A DNA stretch of 64,000 nt from an uncultured virus (IMG/VR IMGVR_UViG_2061766007_000514) (Duplodnaviria; Heunggongvirae; Uroviricota; Caudoviricetes). A program made the translations under genes and the position numbers. Position 1 is the stretch's first letter, and each line of letters opens with the position of its first letter. The notes beneath the pieces were generated by a model that was not told the DNA's origin, did no database searches, and worked only from the letters and a program-made list of their open reading frames with translations. Positions 63,230 to 64,000 of this stretch are shown piece after piece. The DNA is taken from IMG/VR virus record IMGVR_UViG_2061766007_000514. One strand, written 5' to 3'.

Positions 63230-64000
63230 CTATAATGTTGTTGATGGCGTAAAACTAAGTTCTGCCGCCAATGTTAACGAAATGCTAGTCGTATTTAGCA
63301 AAGTTCCAAACAACGTAATACTTCCTGGCCCAGTCTGATATGTAATATCCGAAGCTAACATATTTGGTGTTCCGAACTCCGCCATAATTACGCGATGCTT
63401 TGTTGTAATATGACTTTCATACCGCGTAATTGGTAATGAACTGACATTACCAAAAGTTAAATAAATAGTTGCAGGATATATTAATTCCCATGGCGACCAG
63501 GTACCATCAAGACGCAGACGTGAGAATATTCTAACTCCATTGTCTATTGATGCCCTCTGACATGCAAACTGATGTATAATACCACCAGCAGCGATAACTA
63601 AAACGTCACAAATTGTATTGACTGGAGCGTTTAATGCATCTGCCGTTGACTGCCAAAAACCAGATTGGATTGCTCTGTTAAAATCTCCATGACTTTCGTC
63701 ATAGGTAATATACGTTAGCGGTAAATCTGCTCCGTTTAACAGTCCAAGCCCATAACCATAAGGCGCGAACCCGCCCATATTAGGATGAAGAGCAGCATCC
63801 TTAAGTGCTTGGGCTAACTGAGCTAATGTGAAAGTACCAGTGTTTAACGTCTCAACTGTAGAACCATTACCAGCTAAAATGCCCTCTAATGCTGTCTCTG
63901 TGGTTGTCAATATTTCATTAGGTCCAGGATTACCCTGAGGACCCTGCGGACCAGTATTACCCTGAGGCCCCTGCGGTCCAACAACGGAGCCAAGGTCAAT
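63230..64000 (-). CDS. collagen-repeat fibre protein (5' truncated by window edge)
   Basis: GPQG repeats at 63920-63990, then pyocin-knob-like NAP...WSPWE. Confidence 0.6.
   Translation of the reverse strand: MDLGSVVGPQGPQGNTGPQGPQGNPGPNEILTTTETALEGILAGNGSTVETLNTGTFTLAQLAQALKDAALHPNMGGFAPYGYGLGLLNGADLPLTYITYDESHGDFNRAIQSGFWQSTADALNAPVNTICDVLVIAAGGIIHQFACQRASIDNGVRIFSRLRLDGTWSPWELIYPATIYLTFGNVSSLPITRYESHITTKHRVIMAEFGTPNMLASDITYQTGPGSITLFGTLLNTTSISLTLAAELSFTPSTTL

Noticed and set aside
1..64000. Alternative genetic code / stop-codon reassignment
   Set aside because: Long genes are intact under code 11, all three stops are used, and no suppressor tRNA was seen

Overview
The window is most of a temperate, long-tailed (siphovirus-type) phage genome, almost entirely encoded on the minus strand. 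The host is probably a Clostridia-class bacterium (inferred from the tRNA-Pro-type attP, a SleB-like hydrolase and an SLH-like endolysin tail). Reading from 64000 to 1, the order is: fibre/lysis genes, HNH, terminase, portal, protease-capsid fusion, tail and a ~2700-aa tape measure; then an intact attP and a tyrosine integrase (+ strand); then a ~30 kb non-structural arm. That arm holds many tiny membrane-protein genes, a helicase-primase-PolB fusion, SSB, SF2 helicase, a TROVE/Ro60-like DUF2828-vWA protein, two tRNAs, a thymidylate-synthase-like enzyme, nucleases and a single-chain two-barrel (YonO-like, DFDGD) RNA polymerase. Many ORF-track 'splits' coincide with N gaps and were rejoined by reading frames by eye. 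The most notable unexplained structures are: (1) a tandem array of covarying ACAGCAA-bulge hairpin RNAs directly upstream of the TROVE-like gene (candidate Y-RNA-like RNP system); (2) a 25-bp CGC..RCA..ATG promoter-like motif found 15 times, only in the non-structural arm, driving mini gene cassettes and ORF-less RNAs (a tRNA mimic and a hammerhead-like RNA); (3) a non-structural gene whose N-terminus joins copies of a capsid-scaffold peptide and a tape-measure peptide; (4) a shared N-terminal signal suggesting the RNAP is virion-packaged. All family assignments come from motif recognition, not database searches.
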